Virus record (IMG/VR): IMGVR_UViG_2648501797_000005
Coordinates: 1-46,841 of that record
Source: a virus
Taxonomy: Duplodnaviria; Heunggongvirae; Uroviricota; Caudoviricetes
DNA: 46,841 nt
Direction: 5' to 3' (one strand)
Under the pieces are notes generated by a model. It did not search any database. It saw nothing but the letters and a program-made list of their open reading frames with translations, and was not told the DNA's origin. Position numbers and translations under genes: made by a program. Shown piece by piece: positions 21,101 through 31,562 of this stretch (the first letter of the stretch is position 1; every line of letters starts with the position of its first letter).

Positions 21101-21922
21101 CTATGCTGCTTTCATGGACTCCAGGAACTTGCGGCCCTTCTGGGTCAGCATGTCCTCGGGAATGCTGCGGAGGTTGTACAGATAGGTGACGTAGCACCGA
21201 CAGAAAACCTCTTCGCCAGGCTGCGTAATTTCGTCTAGATAGCCGGCAGGGCCAGCTTTGACATAGCCATTTTTCTGCGCCCAGTTCCCGCGGATGAGAT
21301 AGACCAGCTTGTCACGTTCCTTGTGATCTTCCCGGTAGTCGTACCCTGGCTGGCGCCAGTGGCTATGCCACTCGGCAGCAATCGCGTTGTTGCCCTTCGC
21401 GATGATGTTGTCGATATTGGCGATCAGCTTATGGCCCTGGTCAATCATCACGCGGCGCGCTTCATAGTCCACCTTCTCGGCGGCCTTCTGAATGTGCGCC
21501 GCCGTCTCCCGCATCGTTCCCTGAATGCCGGTCAGCGCAATGCTGTCTGCTGAGGGAATGCTGCTGGCCCATCCGCTAAACCGCGACAGAGTAGTGTCGA
21601 TGGCTTTCTTGCGATTCAGCTTTATCAGGTCAGCGCTGGCCAGGATGCGGCGATCCAGCTCGCTGCGTAACTTCGGCTCCATGTAGTTCAGCGTGAAGCG
21701 TGAAAGCCCCTTGTGGCGCTCCAGCGCTCCAGCCTTGCTCACCTGCAGGTCATAGGTCTTACGCAACCGATCCGACACCATGCTCATGTAGTCGTCATCG
21801 GTTTCGCTTTCGGCCGCCTGCCGGATAATGGCCTGCCATTGCTCCAGCTCCTGCCTCGAGGTGTAGCCATTGCGCAGAAAGAACTTCACCGCCTCGCGTA
21901 CGGTTCGCGTGAAAGTCTTCAT
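21101..21922 (-). CDS. head morphogenesis / minor head protein (273 aa)
   Basis: Directly follows portal with ATGA overlap. Confidence 0.45.
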   Translation of the reverse strand: MKTFTRTVREAVKFFLRNGYTSRQELEQWQAIIRQAAESETDDDYMSMVSDRLRKTYDLQVSKAGALERHKGLSRFTLNYMEPKLRSELDRRILASADLIKLNRKKAIDTTLSRFSGWASSIPSADSIALTGIQGTMRETAAHIQKAAEKVDYEARRVMIDQGHKLIANIDNIIAKGNNAIAAEWHSHWRQPGYDYREDHKERDKLVYLIRGNWAQKNGYVKAGPAGYLDEITQPGEEVFCRCYVTYLYNLRSIPEDMLTQKGRKFLESMKAA

Positions 21923-23334
21923 AGCATCATCCCGCCGCCGGGCTCTTCATCCCGTGGCTGTTCAGGCCGGTTAGCCTTTAACGAGTCGATATCGAGATCA
22001 AGTCGCTGCGGGAACAGGCTTTCGTTAGCGTTCGCATTGGTCTGCGCCCACTCGATAAGAAGCGCGCGGTTCTCATCATCCGTGTTTACCTGCGGGAGAA
22101 GGACTTCCAGCATGCTGACGATGGCCTTAAAGCGGATTTCGTCGACCTTCACTTTTTCGCTTTCCGGCTCTTTCAGGGATGACGGCCAGCGATATTCGAA
22201 GTTGTTAATCCATGAGGAGAAATACAGGCTGTACGTGTTTTTAAGCTCCGGGAAGTCAGCACGCAGAGAATTGAAAAACTCAATGCTCCAGGCGCGATAC
22301 TGGCAAATACGGATGAAATAGTCATACAGCGGCTCAAGCCACTCGCGGATGTTGTCGATGTAGACTGCAACAGATCGAGCGTCTTCCGTCCCCTCGCCGA
22401 AGCCCTGGGCGAATGTTTCCGAGTTCAGAATGATAGCCGGCATGTCAGCTGCCGCAGCGATATTCTCCAGAATGTGATTCCGGGAGGAGTCGAGCGGCTT
22501 TTCCAGGTTGCTCAGGTCGATGGATTCGATGCTGTCATTTGCGCCGATCTGCAGGACTTCGCCTGTCTTCCCTCGCTTCAGCATCATTCGTTTGATGCCG
22601 CTGAGCTTTTGCATCATGTTGTTGACGACTGAGCTCGGTCCCTGAATCTTCGTTACCAGCAAGCCACCCTTCACGGAAACCATGTCATCGGTGCGCATGG
22701 TCTGGATGAAGGATTTCAGCGGGAACAGAGCGCGCTGGTAAACGCTGCGTCCGGTAAAGCCAAAGGCCGCAGAGTTATAGGCCAGATAAATCGGGTCCTC
22801 GTTCTGTTGCACGACGCAGCGGGATTTGTGATACGGCTTGCCCGCCACTCTGATCCCGTCGACCTTCTGGAAGTCCTGCGCGTTCGGATCCTGGTTCAGG
22901 ACGATGCTTCCGGCAGTGTTCAGCGGGTCGAGAATGTTGAATGTCACGTTGTGCTTATACAGCGTGCGGTAGTCCACCGCAGAGGACGGCTCCTGGTTAT
23001 CAACCAGCATTGCGATCGCCGAAACACCGTAAATGCGAGAGATGCGCGCCGCATTAGCGATGTGCTTATCGGCGCCCAGTGCTTTCCACTCCCGCTCAAA
23101 TGCATCGCGGAGACGCTGCTCAATGCCATACGCCTGCGAAATGTGAACCGTGCGCGACTCGTTCATCGCCATCTTGATCGGGCGATCTACCATTTTCCCG
23201 CCAAGCGGGTGGAAGAGGTAAATCGTTTTGCAGGTCTGATAGCCAGCCGACATACCCGGCTGAATATCATCACTGTCCAGGAGCGTGATCAGCTCCGGCG
23301 AGCAACTGCCGATTGCGATATCATCTTCGTTCAT
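21919..23334 (-). CDS. portal protein (471 aa)
   Basis: Size and position immediately after terminase large subunit. Confidence 0.6.
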   Translation of the reverse strand: MNEDDIAIGSCSPELITLLDSDDIQPGMSAGYQTCKTIYLFHPLGGKMVDRPIKMAMNESRTVHISQAYGIEQRLRDAFEREWKALGADKHIANAARISRIYGVSAIAMLVDNQEPSSAVDYRTLYKHNVTFNILDPLNTAGSIVLNQDPNAQDFQKVDGIRVAGKPYHKSRCVVQQNEDPIYLAYNSAAFGFTGRSVYQRALFPLKSFIQTMRTDDMVSVKGGLLVTKIQGPSSVVNNMMQKLSGIKRMMLKRGKTGEVLQIGANDSIESIDLSNLEKPLDSSRNHILENIAAAADMPAIILNSETFAQGFGEGTEDARSVAVYIDNIREWLEPLYDYFIRICQYRAWSIEFFNSLRADFPELKNTYSLYFSSWINNFEYRWPSSLKEPESEKVKVDEIRFKAIVSMLEVLLPQVNTDDENRALLIEWAQTNANANESLFPQRLDLDIDSLKANRPEQPRDEEPGGGMML

Positions 23335-23345
23335 TGGTTTTCTCG

Positions 23346-24677
23346 CTAGAGTGCGTCGCCGCTACCGAACGCGATGATCAGCCCGTAGGTGTAATCATCC
23401 AGCAAATCGTCGGCGCGCTTGTGCGCGTTCTTATCGGCAAGGTGGAATCGTGATACCTGCTTATGCAGATGGTTTGCTGTTTCGCCCTTGAAGACTGCCG
23501 TCTTCTCGTAGGCGTATCGGGATATTTTCGCCAGCCCGCGGTAGTGATACCCAGAGGCCATAATGGCGCGCTCGTCCTTCCCTTTGCTGGTCAGGGCGGA
23601 TTCAATTTTGTTGACCGGCCATCCCAGGCTCTCGCCTTTCTGCAGAAGGATGCTGCCCATACTGGCGTCTTCAATGAAAACGCCGAGGCTGCCATTTACA
23701 GCGACGCACTGGCCGGATAGCTCATTCAGCCGGGTGAAAACGGACGGAATCCACTCTTCCAGCAGCGCGCCGTCGATCTGCACCACATCCCAGTCAAGAA
23801 TGGTCAGGCGCTGAATTCCGGGCCGGGTGTCTACGGCGTAGTAAACCACCGCCGTGCCGTCGTGCTCAGTACCGCCCTTAACGGCGGTATCCATGACAGC
23901 GAAAACGGCCTGGCACATCTCAGGGTAATCGACAGGCTGATCCTGGTTTTCACCCTCGAACCATTTGCGGACGTCGAACAGCGACGCAGCGGACCAGTCG
24001 ACGAACTCGGCCAGGAACTCCTGCCGGAAAACGCGAGGATCGTTGTTCTGTCGCTCTTTCTCCAGCTCCTCGGGAGGAACGAAGGGGTTTGATGACGTCG
24101 GCGCGTGATGCTCATGGAAGCCGAGGTCTTTGTTATGGCAGATGGCATAGAAGAAATTTTCTTCGTCCACACCGTCAGGCGTTGAGAATACGTAAGCCCG
24201 GCCCTTTGTCGTCAGCAGCGTCGGCTTAATCGACTTCGGCCAGATTTCCTTCAGCATTTCAGGCGACTTGGTAAACGCCGCCTCATCGATCAGGATAATT
24301 TCGTACTCACGACCACGACCGGCCAGTTTGTTGTCGTTGGTGACCCAGAAGTCAATCTTCCCGCCGTTCTTCAGCAGCAGGCGCTTTTCCTGCCGGCTGA
24401 AACTCTTTTTCAGCGGCAACAGGATTTCTTCCAGCTTGTCGTAGATCTCCTGGTACTGGCGATACTCAGCAGTGAAGATACCGACCCGGCCTCCCAGCTC
24501 GATGTCCATGCCCGGGCGCCGAAACTGCGACGTTGCGTAGGTCACCGCGGCGCTCGACAGCATGAAGGTTTTCCCCCAGCGTCGACCACAGCGAACCGCA
24601 TTCAACTGGTGATCCCAGGAATCAGACCAGACCGTTAACTGCCCGTTGTGTAGCGTGGGTAGGTAAATGTCGGCCAT
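23346..24677 (-). CDS. terminase large subunit
   Basis: 443 aa with Walker A-like CGRRWGKT near the N-terminus; follows small-subunit-like gene. Confidence 0.75.
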   Translation of the reverse strand: MADIYLPTLHNGQLTVWSDSWDHQLNAVRCGRRWGKTFMLSSAAVTYATSQFRRPGMDIELGGRVGIFTAEYRQYQEIYDKLEEILLPLKKSFSRQEKRLLLKNGGKIDFWVTNDNKLAGRGREYEIILIDEAAFTKSPEMLKEIWPKSIKPTLLTTKGRAYVFSTPDGVDEENFFYAICHNKDLGFHEHHAPTSSNPFVPPEELEKERQNNDPRVFRQEFLAEFVDWSAASLFDVRKWFEGENQDQPVDYPEMCQAVFAVMDTAVKGGTEHDGTAVVYYAVDTRPGIQRLTILDWDVVQIDGALLEEWIPSVFTRLNELSGQCVAVNGSLGVFIEDASMGSILLQKGESLGWPVNKIESALTSKGKDERAIMASGYHYRGLAKISRYAYEKTAVFKGETANHLHKQVSRFHLADKNAHKRADDLLDDYTYGLIIAFGSGDAL

Positions 24678-24680
24678 GAT

Positions 24681-25421
24681 TTATCTTCCCGGTATTGGCA
24701 GCGAGTTATGCACGACGATCGCGTTATCCTTGTCGCCGTCTTTCAGTACATCAATTTCGAGCTCAACCTTTTCGGTCGCGGCTTCGCGGTAAGCGGCATC
24801 AACGCGCTGCTTGATAATCGCCGCCTTGGTGTACTCCAGCGACTCAATGCGCGCAGTGTTGCGATGCATGGCTTTCTGCGCCTGAGAGATGAGGTCGTGC
24901 AGATCTTTGGCCTGCTCGCTGGCGGCTGTCTCCAGCTCTGTCTGCCAGCGCCCGATATTCTCTGCCGCTGTCAGGCTCGCCGCTCGCAGCCAGAAAAGCT
25001 CATCGTCGAGCGTGAGCATCTGGGCATCTTCGGTGATGGCGTCAGAGAGCAGCATCCGGCGGCCATAGCCACCATGCTTTAATGCGTTCTGGTTGCCAGG
25101 CTGGAAGGCGTTCGTCGGCGGAGCAGTGCGCGATCCGCGTATCGGTTTCGTTTCTGGAGATTTTGAGTGGGCGCCTGTGTCGGGCTGGTGTTTTTTCACC
25201 TCCCCGTTTTTACTGACCCCGCCTTTCTCCTTCTGCGAATTCGCAGATTTGTTCGCACTTTTTTTTTGCGAATTCGCACCGTAAGTCGTGACTTTGATAT
25301 AGCGTTTCGCAGATGAGTAATTCAGTCCCTGCGCTGCGCACCAGTCTTTCGGGGATATTCCTGTTTTGGCATGCTCGGCGAGGAACTGGTGTTGCAGTGC
25401 TCCCCAGTCCGGTTTTGCCAT
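24681..25421 (-). CDS. terminase small subunit (non-lambda type)
   Basis: 246-aa protein with N-terminal HTH-like region immediately upstream of terminase large subunit; unlike lambda Nu1. Confidence 0.5.
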   Translation of the reverse strand: MAKPDWGALQHQFLAEHAKTGISPKDWCAAQGLNYSSAKRYIKVTTYGANSQKKSANKSANSQKEKGGVSKNGEVKKHQPDTGAHSKSPETKPIRGSRTAPPTNAFQPGNQNALKHGGYGRRMLLSDAITEDAQMLTLDDELFWLRAASLTAAENIGRWQTELETAASEQAKDLHDLISQAQKAMHRNTARIESLEYTKAAIIKQRVDAAYREAATEKVELEIDVLKDGDKDNAIVVHNSLPIPGR

Positions 25422-25478
25422 AGTCCTTACCTCGTTGTGACATTATCGAGCCACCTCTGGAAGTGGCTCTGTAATGCC

Positions 25479-25946
25479 TTACTTCAGGCACTGCGTGGTG
25501 ATGTATTCCTGCAGGGCTCTCAGGGCTGTTTGGTCGCTGAGGATTCCGGACCGGATACCGAGAACGTTTCGTCCAGCAACTGCAGAGAGTTCGACGGTGG
25601 CATCATTGCCCATGCCGGAGGCGCTGGAGGTTTTGGCTGAGGCTGGCACAGGGCATTTTCCTTTGACGAGCACCCGACCACCATTATCAAGCTTGCGCCG
25701 AAGAGCATCATTTTCAGCTTTCGCATCCGCTAACTCCTTTGTGTATTTAGCATCGAGTGCATCTGCATCACGCTGGCGCTGCTGCATGTCAGTAATGGTG
25801 GCGTTCACCTTCTCCAGTTCACTGGCCTTGTTATCGCGCTGCTCTTTGTAGGCGATGGCGTTATCACGGTAATGATTAACAGCCCATGACAGGCAGACGA
25901 TGATGCAGATAACCAGAGCTGAGATAATCGCGGTTACTCTGCTCAT
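25479..25946 (-). CDS. Rz: Rz i-spanin
   Basis: N-terminal [30 protein letters not shown] matches lambda Rz; C-terminal half diverged. Confidence 0.85.
   Translation of the reverse strand: MSRVTAIISALVICIIVCLSWAVNHYRDNAIAYKEQRDNKASELEKVNATITDMQQRQRDADALDAKYTKELADAKAENDALRRKLDNGGRVLVKGKCPVPASAKTSSASGMGNDATVELSAVAGRNVLGIRSGILSDQTALRALQEYITTQCLK
25520..25726 (-). CDS. Rz1: Rz1 o-spanin lipoprotein embedded in the +1 frame of Rz
   Basis: MRKLKMML...VVGCSS lipobox followed by Pro-rich segment, nested inside Rz. Confidence 0.7.
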   Translation of the reverse strand: MRKLKMMLFGASLIMVVGCSSKENALCQPQPKPPAPPAWAMMPPSNSLQLLDETFSVSGPESSATKQP

Positions 25947-26419
25947 ACCTCAATCTCTCTGACCGTTCCGCCAGCTTCTTTGAATTTTGCAATCAGGCTG
26001 TCAGCCTTATGCTCGAACTGACCATAACCAGCCCCCGGCAGTGAAGCCCAGATATTGCTGCAACGGTCGATTGCCTGACGAATATCACCGTGGTCAATCA
26101 TCGGTAAAGCGCCACGCTCTTTAATCTGTTGCAGTGCCACAGCGTCCTGGCTTTTCGGAGAGAAGTCTTTCAGGCCAAGCTGCTTACGATAGGCATCCCA
26201 CCAACGGGAAAGAAGCTGGTAGCGTCCGGCGGCTGTTGATTTGAGTTTGGGGTTTAGCGTGACAAGTTTGCGAGGGTGATCGGAGTAATCAGTGAATAGC
26301 TCTCCGCCAACAATGACGTCATAACCATGATTTCTGGTTTTCTGCCGTCCGTTATCAGTTCCCTCTGACCACGCCAGCATATCGAGGAACGCCTTACGTT
26401 GATTATTGATTTCCACCAT
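25943..26419 (-). CDS. R: endolysin (lytic transglycosylase R)
   Basis: Near-identical to lambda R as I recall it ([24 protein letters not shown]...). Confidence 0.9.
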   Translation of the reverse strand: MVEINNQRKAFLDMLAWSEGTDNGRQKTRNHGYDVIVGGELFTDYSDHPRKLVTLNPKLKSTAAGRYQLLSRWWDAYRKQLGLKDFSPKSQDAVALQQIKERGALPMIDHGDIRQAIDRCSNIWASLPGAGYGQFEHKADSLIAKFKEAGGTVREIEV

Positions 26420-26726
26420 CTTCTATTCCGGCTTTTTTAGCAGCGAAGCGTTTGATAAGCGAACCAATCGAGTCAGTACCGATGTAGCCGATGAACACGC
26501 TCGTTATATAAGCGAGATTGCTACTTAGTCCGGCGAAGTCGAGAAGGTCACGAATGAACCAGGCGATAATGGCGCACATCGTTGCGTCGATTACTGTTTT
26601 TGTAAACGCACCGCCATTATATCTGCCGCGAAGGTACGCCATTGCAAACGCAAGGATTGCCCCGATGCCTTGTTCCTTTGCCGCGAGAATGGCGGCTAAC
26701 AGGTCATGTTTTTCTGGCATCTTCAT
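26403..26726 (-). CDS. S: holin S (dual-start MKM motif)
   Basis: [39 protein letters not shown]... matches lambda S107. Confidence 0.9.
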   Translation of the reverse strand: MKMPEKHDLLAAILAAKEQGIGAILAFAMAYLRGRYNGGAFTKTVIDATMCAIIAWFIRDLLDFAGLSSNLAYITSVFIGYIGTDSIGSLIKRFAAKKAGIEDGGNQ

Positions 26727-26953
26727 GTCTTAGCCCCAATAAGGGGATTTGCTCTATTTAATTAGGAATAAGGGCAAAACGGCAGGAGGTTGTTAGCGCA
26801 ACCTCTTGCCACCCGCTTTCACGAAGCCAGCCATTGCGCTGGTTTTCTTTTATGCAAAGCACACCGCACCGTAGCCACAGCGGATAAGGTGATTATTTTT
26901 GTCTGTCTGGTATTTGGTTTGATGTGCTTTCAGAAAGGTCGTGATTAAAACGC

Positions 26954-26981
26954 AAAAAGCCCCGAGCTATTAACTCAGGGC
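26954..26981 (-). terminator. tR'-like intrinsic terminator about 40 nt downstream of the pR' start (short 6S-like leader)
   Basis: Minus-strand hairpin AGCCCTGAG...CTCGGGGCT followed by TTTTT. Confidence 0.5.
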
Positions 26982-27017
26982 TTTATTTAACGAGTGCATT
27001 TATCCATCGTTGAGTCA

Positions 27018-27046
27018 AATTTACCCAACTTTATTCAAAAAGTCAA
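27018..27046 (-). promoter_or_regulatory. late promoter pR' (with overlapping qut region)
   Basis: Minus-strand TTGACT - 17 bp - TAAATT followed by TTGACTCAACGATGG, as in lambda pR'. Confidence 0.6.
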
Positions 27047-27088
27047 TATCATGCCGTTAATATGTTGCCATCCGTGGAAATCATGCTG

Positions 27089-27712
27089 CTAACGTGTGAC
27101 CGCATTCAAAATGTTGTCTGCGATTGACTCTTCTTTGTGGCATTGCACCACCAGAGCGTCATACAGCGGCTTAACAGTGCGTGACCAGGTGGGTTGAGTA
27201 AGGTTTGGGATTAGCATCGTTACAGCGCGATATGCGGCGCTTGCTGGCATTCTTGAATAGCCGACACCTTTGCATCTTCCGCACTCTTTCTCAACAACTC
27301 TCCCCCACTGCTCCGTTTTGGCTATATCAACCGCACGGCCTGTACCGTGGCAATCTCTGCATCTTGCCCCCGGCGTCGCGGCACTACGGCAATAATCCGC
27401 ATAAGCGAATGTTGCGAGCACTTGCAGTACCTTTGCCTTAGTATTTCCTTCAAGCTTTGCCACACCACGGTATTTCCCCGATACCTTGTGTGCAAATTGC
27501 ATCAGATAGTTGATAGCCTTTTGTTTGTCGTTCTGGCTGAGTTCATGCTTACCGCAGAATGCAGCCATTCCGAATCCGGCTTGTGATTGCGCCATCCCCA
27601 TAGCAGCCATCACATCAGTACCGGAAAGAGAGTCGGAAGCCGTAGCCCGTGGTGAGTCGCTCATCATCGGGCTTTTTGGCGAATGAAATTTAGCTACGCT
27701 TTCGAGTCTCAT
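27089..27712 (-). CDS. Q: late antiterminator Q
   Basis: 207 aa, near-identical to lambda Q as recalled ([28 protein letters not shown]...). Confidence 0.9.
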   Translation of the reverse strand: MRLESVAKFHSPKSPMMSDSPRATASDSLSGTDVMAAMGMAQSQAGFGMAAFCGKHELSQNDKQKAINYLMQFAHKVSGKYRGVAKLEGNTKAKVLQVLATFAYADYCRSAATPGARCRDCHGTGRAVDIAKTEQWGRVVEKECGRCKGVGYSRMPASAAYRAVTMLIPNLTQPTWSRTVKPLYDALVVQCHKEESIADNILNAVTR

Positions 27713-28374
27713 GCGCCTTCTCCCTGTACCTGAATCAATGTGAGGTTTCCGCAGAACACTGCGCCGGTATCGATATACATTTGGTTGGCAAATTTAAGTG
27801 GTTTCACTGCTGGCGTATGACCAAAGATAAACGTGTCCGCGCCTTTAATTTCTTTCACGATCCCGTCTTGTGAGTTGCTGATTCGTTCGCGGTTCCAGAT
27901 TACCTGCTGATGATCAACTGGCTTTCCAAATTCGTATTCGTCACAAGGATAATCGGCGTGGCAGATGACATATTTTTTACCTTTGCTCACCAGTTCGATG
28001 ATTAACGGAAGTTCTTCTGCTTTATGGGCAAGAGCTTTAGCCAGAATTTCTTTGTCGTAATCGAGATTAAAGAACCAGACACCGCCATTAAGCAGCCAGT
28101 GATTGACGTTTCCACGTTCTGATAAGCCATCAATCATCATGTGCTCATGGTTTCCACGTACAGCTCTGAACCAGGGGAATGTGATTAATTCCAGGCATTC
28201 AACGTTCTCTGCACCACGATCAACCAAATCGCCCACCGAGATAAGCAGGTCTTTTTTGTTGTCGAATCCAATCGTATCCAGTTTGTTCATCAGGTTCGTG
28301 TAGCATCCGTGCAGATCGCCAACTACCCAAATATTTCGGTATTTGCTGCCATCAATTCTTTCGTAGATATTCAT
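27709..28374 (-). CDS. ninI: Ser/Thr protein phosphatase NinI
   Basis: GDLHG and GNHE metallophosphatase motifs; lambda NinI-like. Confidence 0.85.
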   Translation of the reverse strand: MNIYERIDGSKYRNIWVVGDLHGCYTNLMNKLDTIGFDNKKDLLISVGDLVDRGAENVECLELITFPWFRAVRGNHEHMMIDGLSERGNVNHWLLNGGVWFFNLDYDKEILAKALAHKAEELPLIIELVSKGKKYVICHADYPCDEYEFGKPVDHQQVIWNRERISNSQDGIVKEIKGADTFIFGHTPAVKPLKFANQMYIDTGAVFCGNLTLIQVQGEGA

Positions 28375-28976
28375 GCAGCCTCACTTCTGCTGTTTCGCAG
28401 TTTTTTAAGTTTCTGTTGATACTCCGCCTTGATGGTCCTGCACTCTTCGACAGTCCAGCGATGGCGGTTATGGTTTGATTCGATTTCGTCTACTGCTTCC
28501 TGCCCGATGCGGTTAATCAGTTCGACGCGATACGGAACGAGATTTCCGCTTTTGTGCTGGTTGCACACCACGCATTGCTTGTGAATATTGCGTTCATCAA
28601 ATCGGAGTTGAGGTGCCGCAGCAGTTGTCCGGTAATGTCCGGCATCCCACTGAGCAGACGTGAGCGTTCCGCACGAGATACATGGTAAGTCGCGGTCTCT
28701 TTCTCTGATGAAGGCGTTTACGGCTTGTTGGGCTTGTTTAATCCAGTAACTGCGGGGCTTTAAGGCGAGTTTTCGAATCTTCAGTTTATCTTTCTGTTTC
28801 TGCTCCTCTCGTCGTCGTTTCTTCTCTGCTGCTTTTTCCGCTTTTTTTCGCTGTTTACTTTGTAGTTTGAGTGCTAACTGAGTTCCGTGTTCCGGGCAGC
28901 ACCACCACTGATTTGAGAATGCCGGGTGAAACCATTCCTTGCATATTTTGCATTTCCTTCGCGCTGGTTTAGCCAT
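28371..28976 (-). CDS. ninG: NinG (Rap) recombination-associated endonuclease
   Basis: [10 protein letters not shown]...FHPAF...WWCCPEHG... lambda NinG-like. Confidence 0.85.
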   Translation of the reverse strand: MAKPARRKCKICKEWFHPAFSNQWWCCPEHGTQLALKLQSKQRKKAEKAAEKKRRREEQKQKDKLKIRKLALKPRSYWIKQAQQAVNAFIRERDRDLPCISCGTLTSAQWDAGHYRTTAAAPQLRFDERNIHKQCVVCNQHKSGNLVPYRVELINRIGQEAVDEIESNHNRHRWTVEECRTIKAEYQQKLKKLRNSRSEAA

Positions 28977-29145
28977 CGTCTTCTTCCTCGTACATTGAGC
29001 TATTCGGATCGCTCATCAGTTCTGCGCAGCAGTGCTCACACACGTGAACTTCCAGCACATGCAGCTTCTGACCGCAGTTAGCGCACGTTAAAGCCCGCTC
29101 GACGCTTTCTTTCTGGTATTGAAGGGATTGGGATGGGCTAAGCAT
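28969..29145 (-). CDS. ninF: NinF-like zinc-ribbon protein (58 aa)
   Basis: [58 protein letters not shown]; overlapping start/stop with neighbours. Confidence 0.6.
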   Translation of the reverse strand: MLSPSQSLQYQKESVERALTCANCGQKLHVLEVHVCEHCCAELMSDPNSSMYEEEDDG

Positions 29146-29510
29146 TATTGGATTCTCTGCATCATGAGAAAGACAATCATGGCGGCGCGGAGGGGATTTT
29201 CATGTATAGCTCGCTTAGATTTACAGTAGGCCACACCGCGTGCACCCCACTCGTCTTCATCGAGATTGATAATGCTAATCCTGTATTTTTCAATAATCGG
29301 CCATGCGTCTGCTGGGTTTGCGCATGGGTTAAAGGATCCGCGCTCAACTTCTACTTCAACTGCGTCTCCGTTTACAATGTCTCCCTCAAATGAGACAAAC
29401 ACCATATCGCCATTCTCACCTTCTTTGTAATCCGGTGATCCGTTATGAATGGCTTCGAATACCGCCACGTTAATTTCAAAATCACTTAACTGTGAATAAT
29501 CCATTGTCAT
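29145..29510 (-). CDS. hypothetical nin-region protein (121 aa)
   Basis: Start at ATG 29510 in ATGA overlap with ninE stop; acidic. Confidence 0.5.
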   Translation of the reverse strand: MTMDYSQLSDFEINVAVFEAIHNGSPDYKEGENGDMVFVSFEGDIVNGDAVEVEVERGSFNPCANPADAWPIIEKYRISIINLDEDEWGARGVAYCKSKRAIHENPLRAAMIVFLMMQRIQ

Positions 29511-29683
29511 TTCCTCGCACGATGTCTTAGCCACCGGATATCCCACAGGTGAGCCGTGTAGTTGAAGGTTTTTACGTCAGATTCTTTTGGGATTGGCTTG
29601 CGTTTATTTCTGGAGCGTTTCGTTGGAAGGTATTTGCAGTTTTCGCAGATGATGTCGGTGATACTTCGTCGCTGTCGTCTCAT
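29507..29683 (-). CDS. ninE: NinE (58 aa)
   Basis: [58 protein letters not shown] matches lambda NinE as recalled. Confidence 0.65.
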   Translation of the reverse strand: MRRQRRSITDIICENCKYLPTKRSRNKRKPIPKESDVKTFNYTAHLWDIRWLRHRARK

Positions 29684-30525
29684 GCCGCATCCTCAAAATT
29701 AAATCCAAGCTGACATGAAAATGCTTCACATGATTCAGAACACGAACCTGAATCATACTGTCGCATTGATGTCATTCTTGAGGCTAACTCATCTCTTGAT
29801 ATATCACTAAACAAGGCAATCAGTGATTTAAGTGTATTATTCCCTCGATACATAACCGGTTCCTTTCCTGTTTTTATTTCTGTATCAAGGATGTTGATAA
29901 ATGCATCTGCAAGTTCTGGCTCATCCATGGCTGCCAGCGCAACCTTTTGCATACTTTTTTTTATACAGAAAACACAATTACCAAGATGCTCCTGTATGCC
30001 AAGATCAAACTTCTGCCCACTCCACCAATCAAGCACATCCTGTTTTTCAAAATCGCTTATATCAGCCAGGTACCGAAAACCATTAGCCCTTTTAAGCCTG
30101 TTTGGTTCATCTGTGCGAATGCCAAGCCATGTGATGTAATTTCCTTTCCCAAACTTTTCCTGACAATATTTGGTGAATGGAACAGACTTCATTCTGTCGG
30201 TACAGAACGCACCGCCGATATATGGATGTCCGTATTTATTTAACATCCTTTTCCACGGTATAAGATCTGGACCAATATCATTGACACCTATCTCTTCATA
30301 ACTACTGGCCTTCCCCATTTCTGGATTAGGTATTACACGAAGGCAATGTAAGTCTATTTTCCAGTTACTGACGATATTTCGGATGAACTCATATGTTTTA
30401 GGGTGCTCTGCCCCTGTATCCATGAAAACGTAATGCACGTCTTCACCTGCCTGTCGCTTTTGCTCCATTAGCCAGAGCAAATATGCTGACGTCCTGCCAC
30501 CTGAGAAACTAACGACATTTATCAT
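29680..30525 (-). CDS. ninC: NinC, PAPS-reductase-like (PP-loop) protein
   Basis: [10 protein letters not shown]-loop motif; strong AGGAGGG Shine-Dalgarno before ATG 30525 (the 311-aa track ORF opens earlier at 30615). Confidence 0.7.
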   Translation of the reverse strand: MINVVSFSGGRTSAYLLWLMEQKRQAGEDVHYVFMDTGAEHPKTYEFIRNIVSNWKIDLHCLRVIPNPEMGKASSYEEIGVNDIGPDLIPWKRMLNKYGHPYIGGAFCTDRMKSVPFTKYCQEKFGKGNYITWLGIRTDEPNRLKRANGFRYLADISDFEKQDVLDWWSGQKFDLGIQEHLGNCVFCIKKSMQKVALAAMDEPELADAFINILDTEIKTGKEPVMYRGNNTLKSLIALFSDISRDELASRMTSMRQYDSGSCSESCEAFSCQLGFNFEDAA

Positions 30526-31049
30526 GCAGCCCTCCTGACACCCTGCCCGATCGCCATCAATGCCGCTTTGGATACGGTAGTAAACATCCGTCGAGGACTG
30601 ATGAACGGTCGCCAAATCAGCAGCATGGAACCTTTGCTGTTTCCCTTTTTCTCTATCCCTGTCGATGGTTCGATAAAATTAATCCGTCCATCAGTGATAA
30701 TGCGAACTTCGTCGACACTCTCCAGAGCCTTGCTGAACCATCCGACAGACATATCCTCTGGCACAAGCATCACTACCGTCTGTCGCTGTTGTATACACTG
30801 CTCAGCGGCTTTTTCCACCCACGGCCTGATATTGCTGTACGGTGGGTTATTCCAGATTGCACCGTGGCTTACCCACTCAGAATTGAGCGCGTCGTCAGCC
30901 TCAGTTAGCCAGTGAGCGCACAGAGCATTTTTGTCGCTCGCTGCCGAATCCAGCCAGAATCCAAACTCAATATCCAGTGCATCAAAAAGCCAAAGCGGCG
31001 TTTGCCAGCAGTCCTTGTCGTGTGCTGGCGTATTTGATTTGATAGTCAT
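30522..31049 (-). CDS. DNA N6-adenine methyltransferase (Dam-like, orphan)
   Basis: NPPYS catalytic motif; ATGA overlaps with ninB stop and ninC start. Confidence 0.7.
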   Translation of the reverse strand: MTIKSNTPAHDKDCWQTPLWLFDALDIEFGFWLDSAASDKNALCAHWLTEADDALNSEWVSHGAIWNNPPYSNIRPWVEKAAEQCIQQRQTVVMLVPEDMSVGWFSKALESVDEVRIITDGRINFIEPSTGIEKKGNSKGSMLLIWRPFISPRRMFTTVSKAALMAIGQGVRRAA

Positions 31050-31504
31050 GCTGCCCGATCTCCCCATCGCGCTTTCCATTCGAGAGCCAGTCGCGCTTCG
31101 TCTGACCATTTAACGCCACGTTCTGTACCGAATGCCTGTATAAGCTCTAATAGCTCCGCAAATTCGCCTACACGCATCCTGCTGGTTGACTGGCCTATTA
31201 CCACAAAGCCATTCCCGGCAAGGTTAGGAACAACATCCTGCTGCTTTAATGCTGCGGTAAACACACACTTCCAGCTTTCTGCATCCAGCCAGCGACCATG
31301 CCATTCAACCTGACGAGAGACGTCACCAAGGCAAGCCCAAAGCTTTCGATTCTGGTCTAAGCTGCGGTTGCGTTCCTGAATGGTTACTACGATTGGTTTG
31401 GTTGGGTCTGGAAGAATTTGCTGTACCGCGTGAATAGCGTTTTGCTGATGTGCTGGAGATCGAATTTCAAAGGTTAGTTTTTTCATGACTTCCCTCTCCC
31501 CCAA
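31046..31504 (-). CDS. ninB: NinB (Orf) recombination mediator
   Basis: Near-identical to lambda NinB as recalled (MKKLTFEIRSPAHQQNAIHAVQQILPDPTKPIVV...). Confidence 0.85.
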   Translation of the reverse strand: MGEREVMKKLTFEIRSPAHQQNAIHAVQQILPDPTKPIVVTIQERNRSLDQNRKLWACLGDVSRQVEWHGRWLDAESWKCVFTAALKQQDVVPNLAGNGFVVIGQSTSRMRVGEFAELLELIQAFGTERGVKWSDEARLALEWKARWGDRAA

Positions 31505-31562
31505 ATAAAAAGGCCTGCGATTACCAGCAGGCCTGTTATTAGCTCAGTGATGTAGATGGTCA

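Noticed and set aside
26727-27088. Possible toxin or virulence cargo between Q and S (as in Stx phages)
   Set aside because: The interval contains only pR', a short leader with terminator and the conserved pre-S hairpin; no ORF
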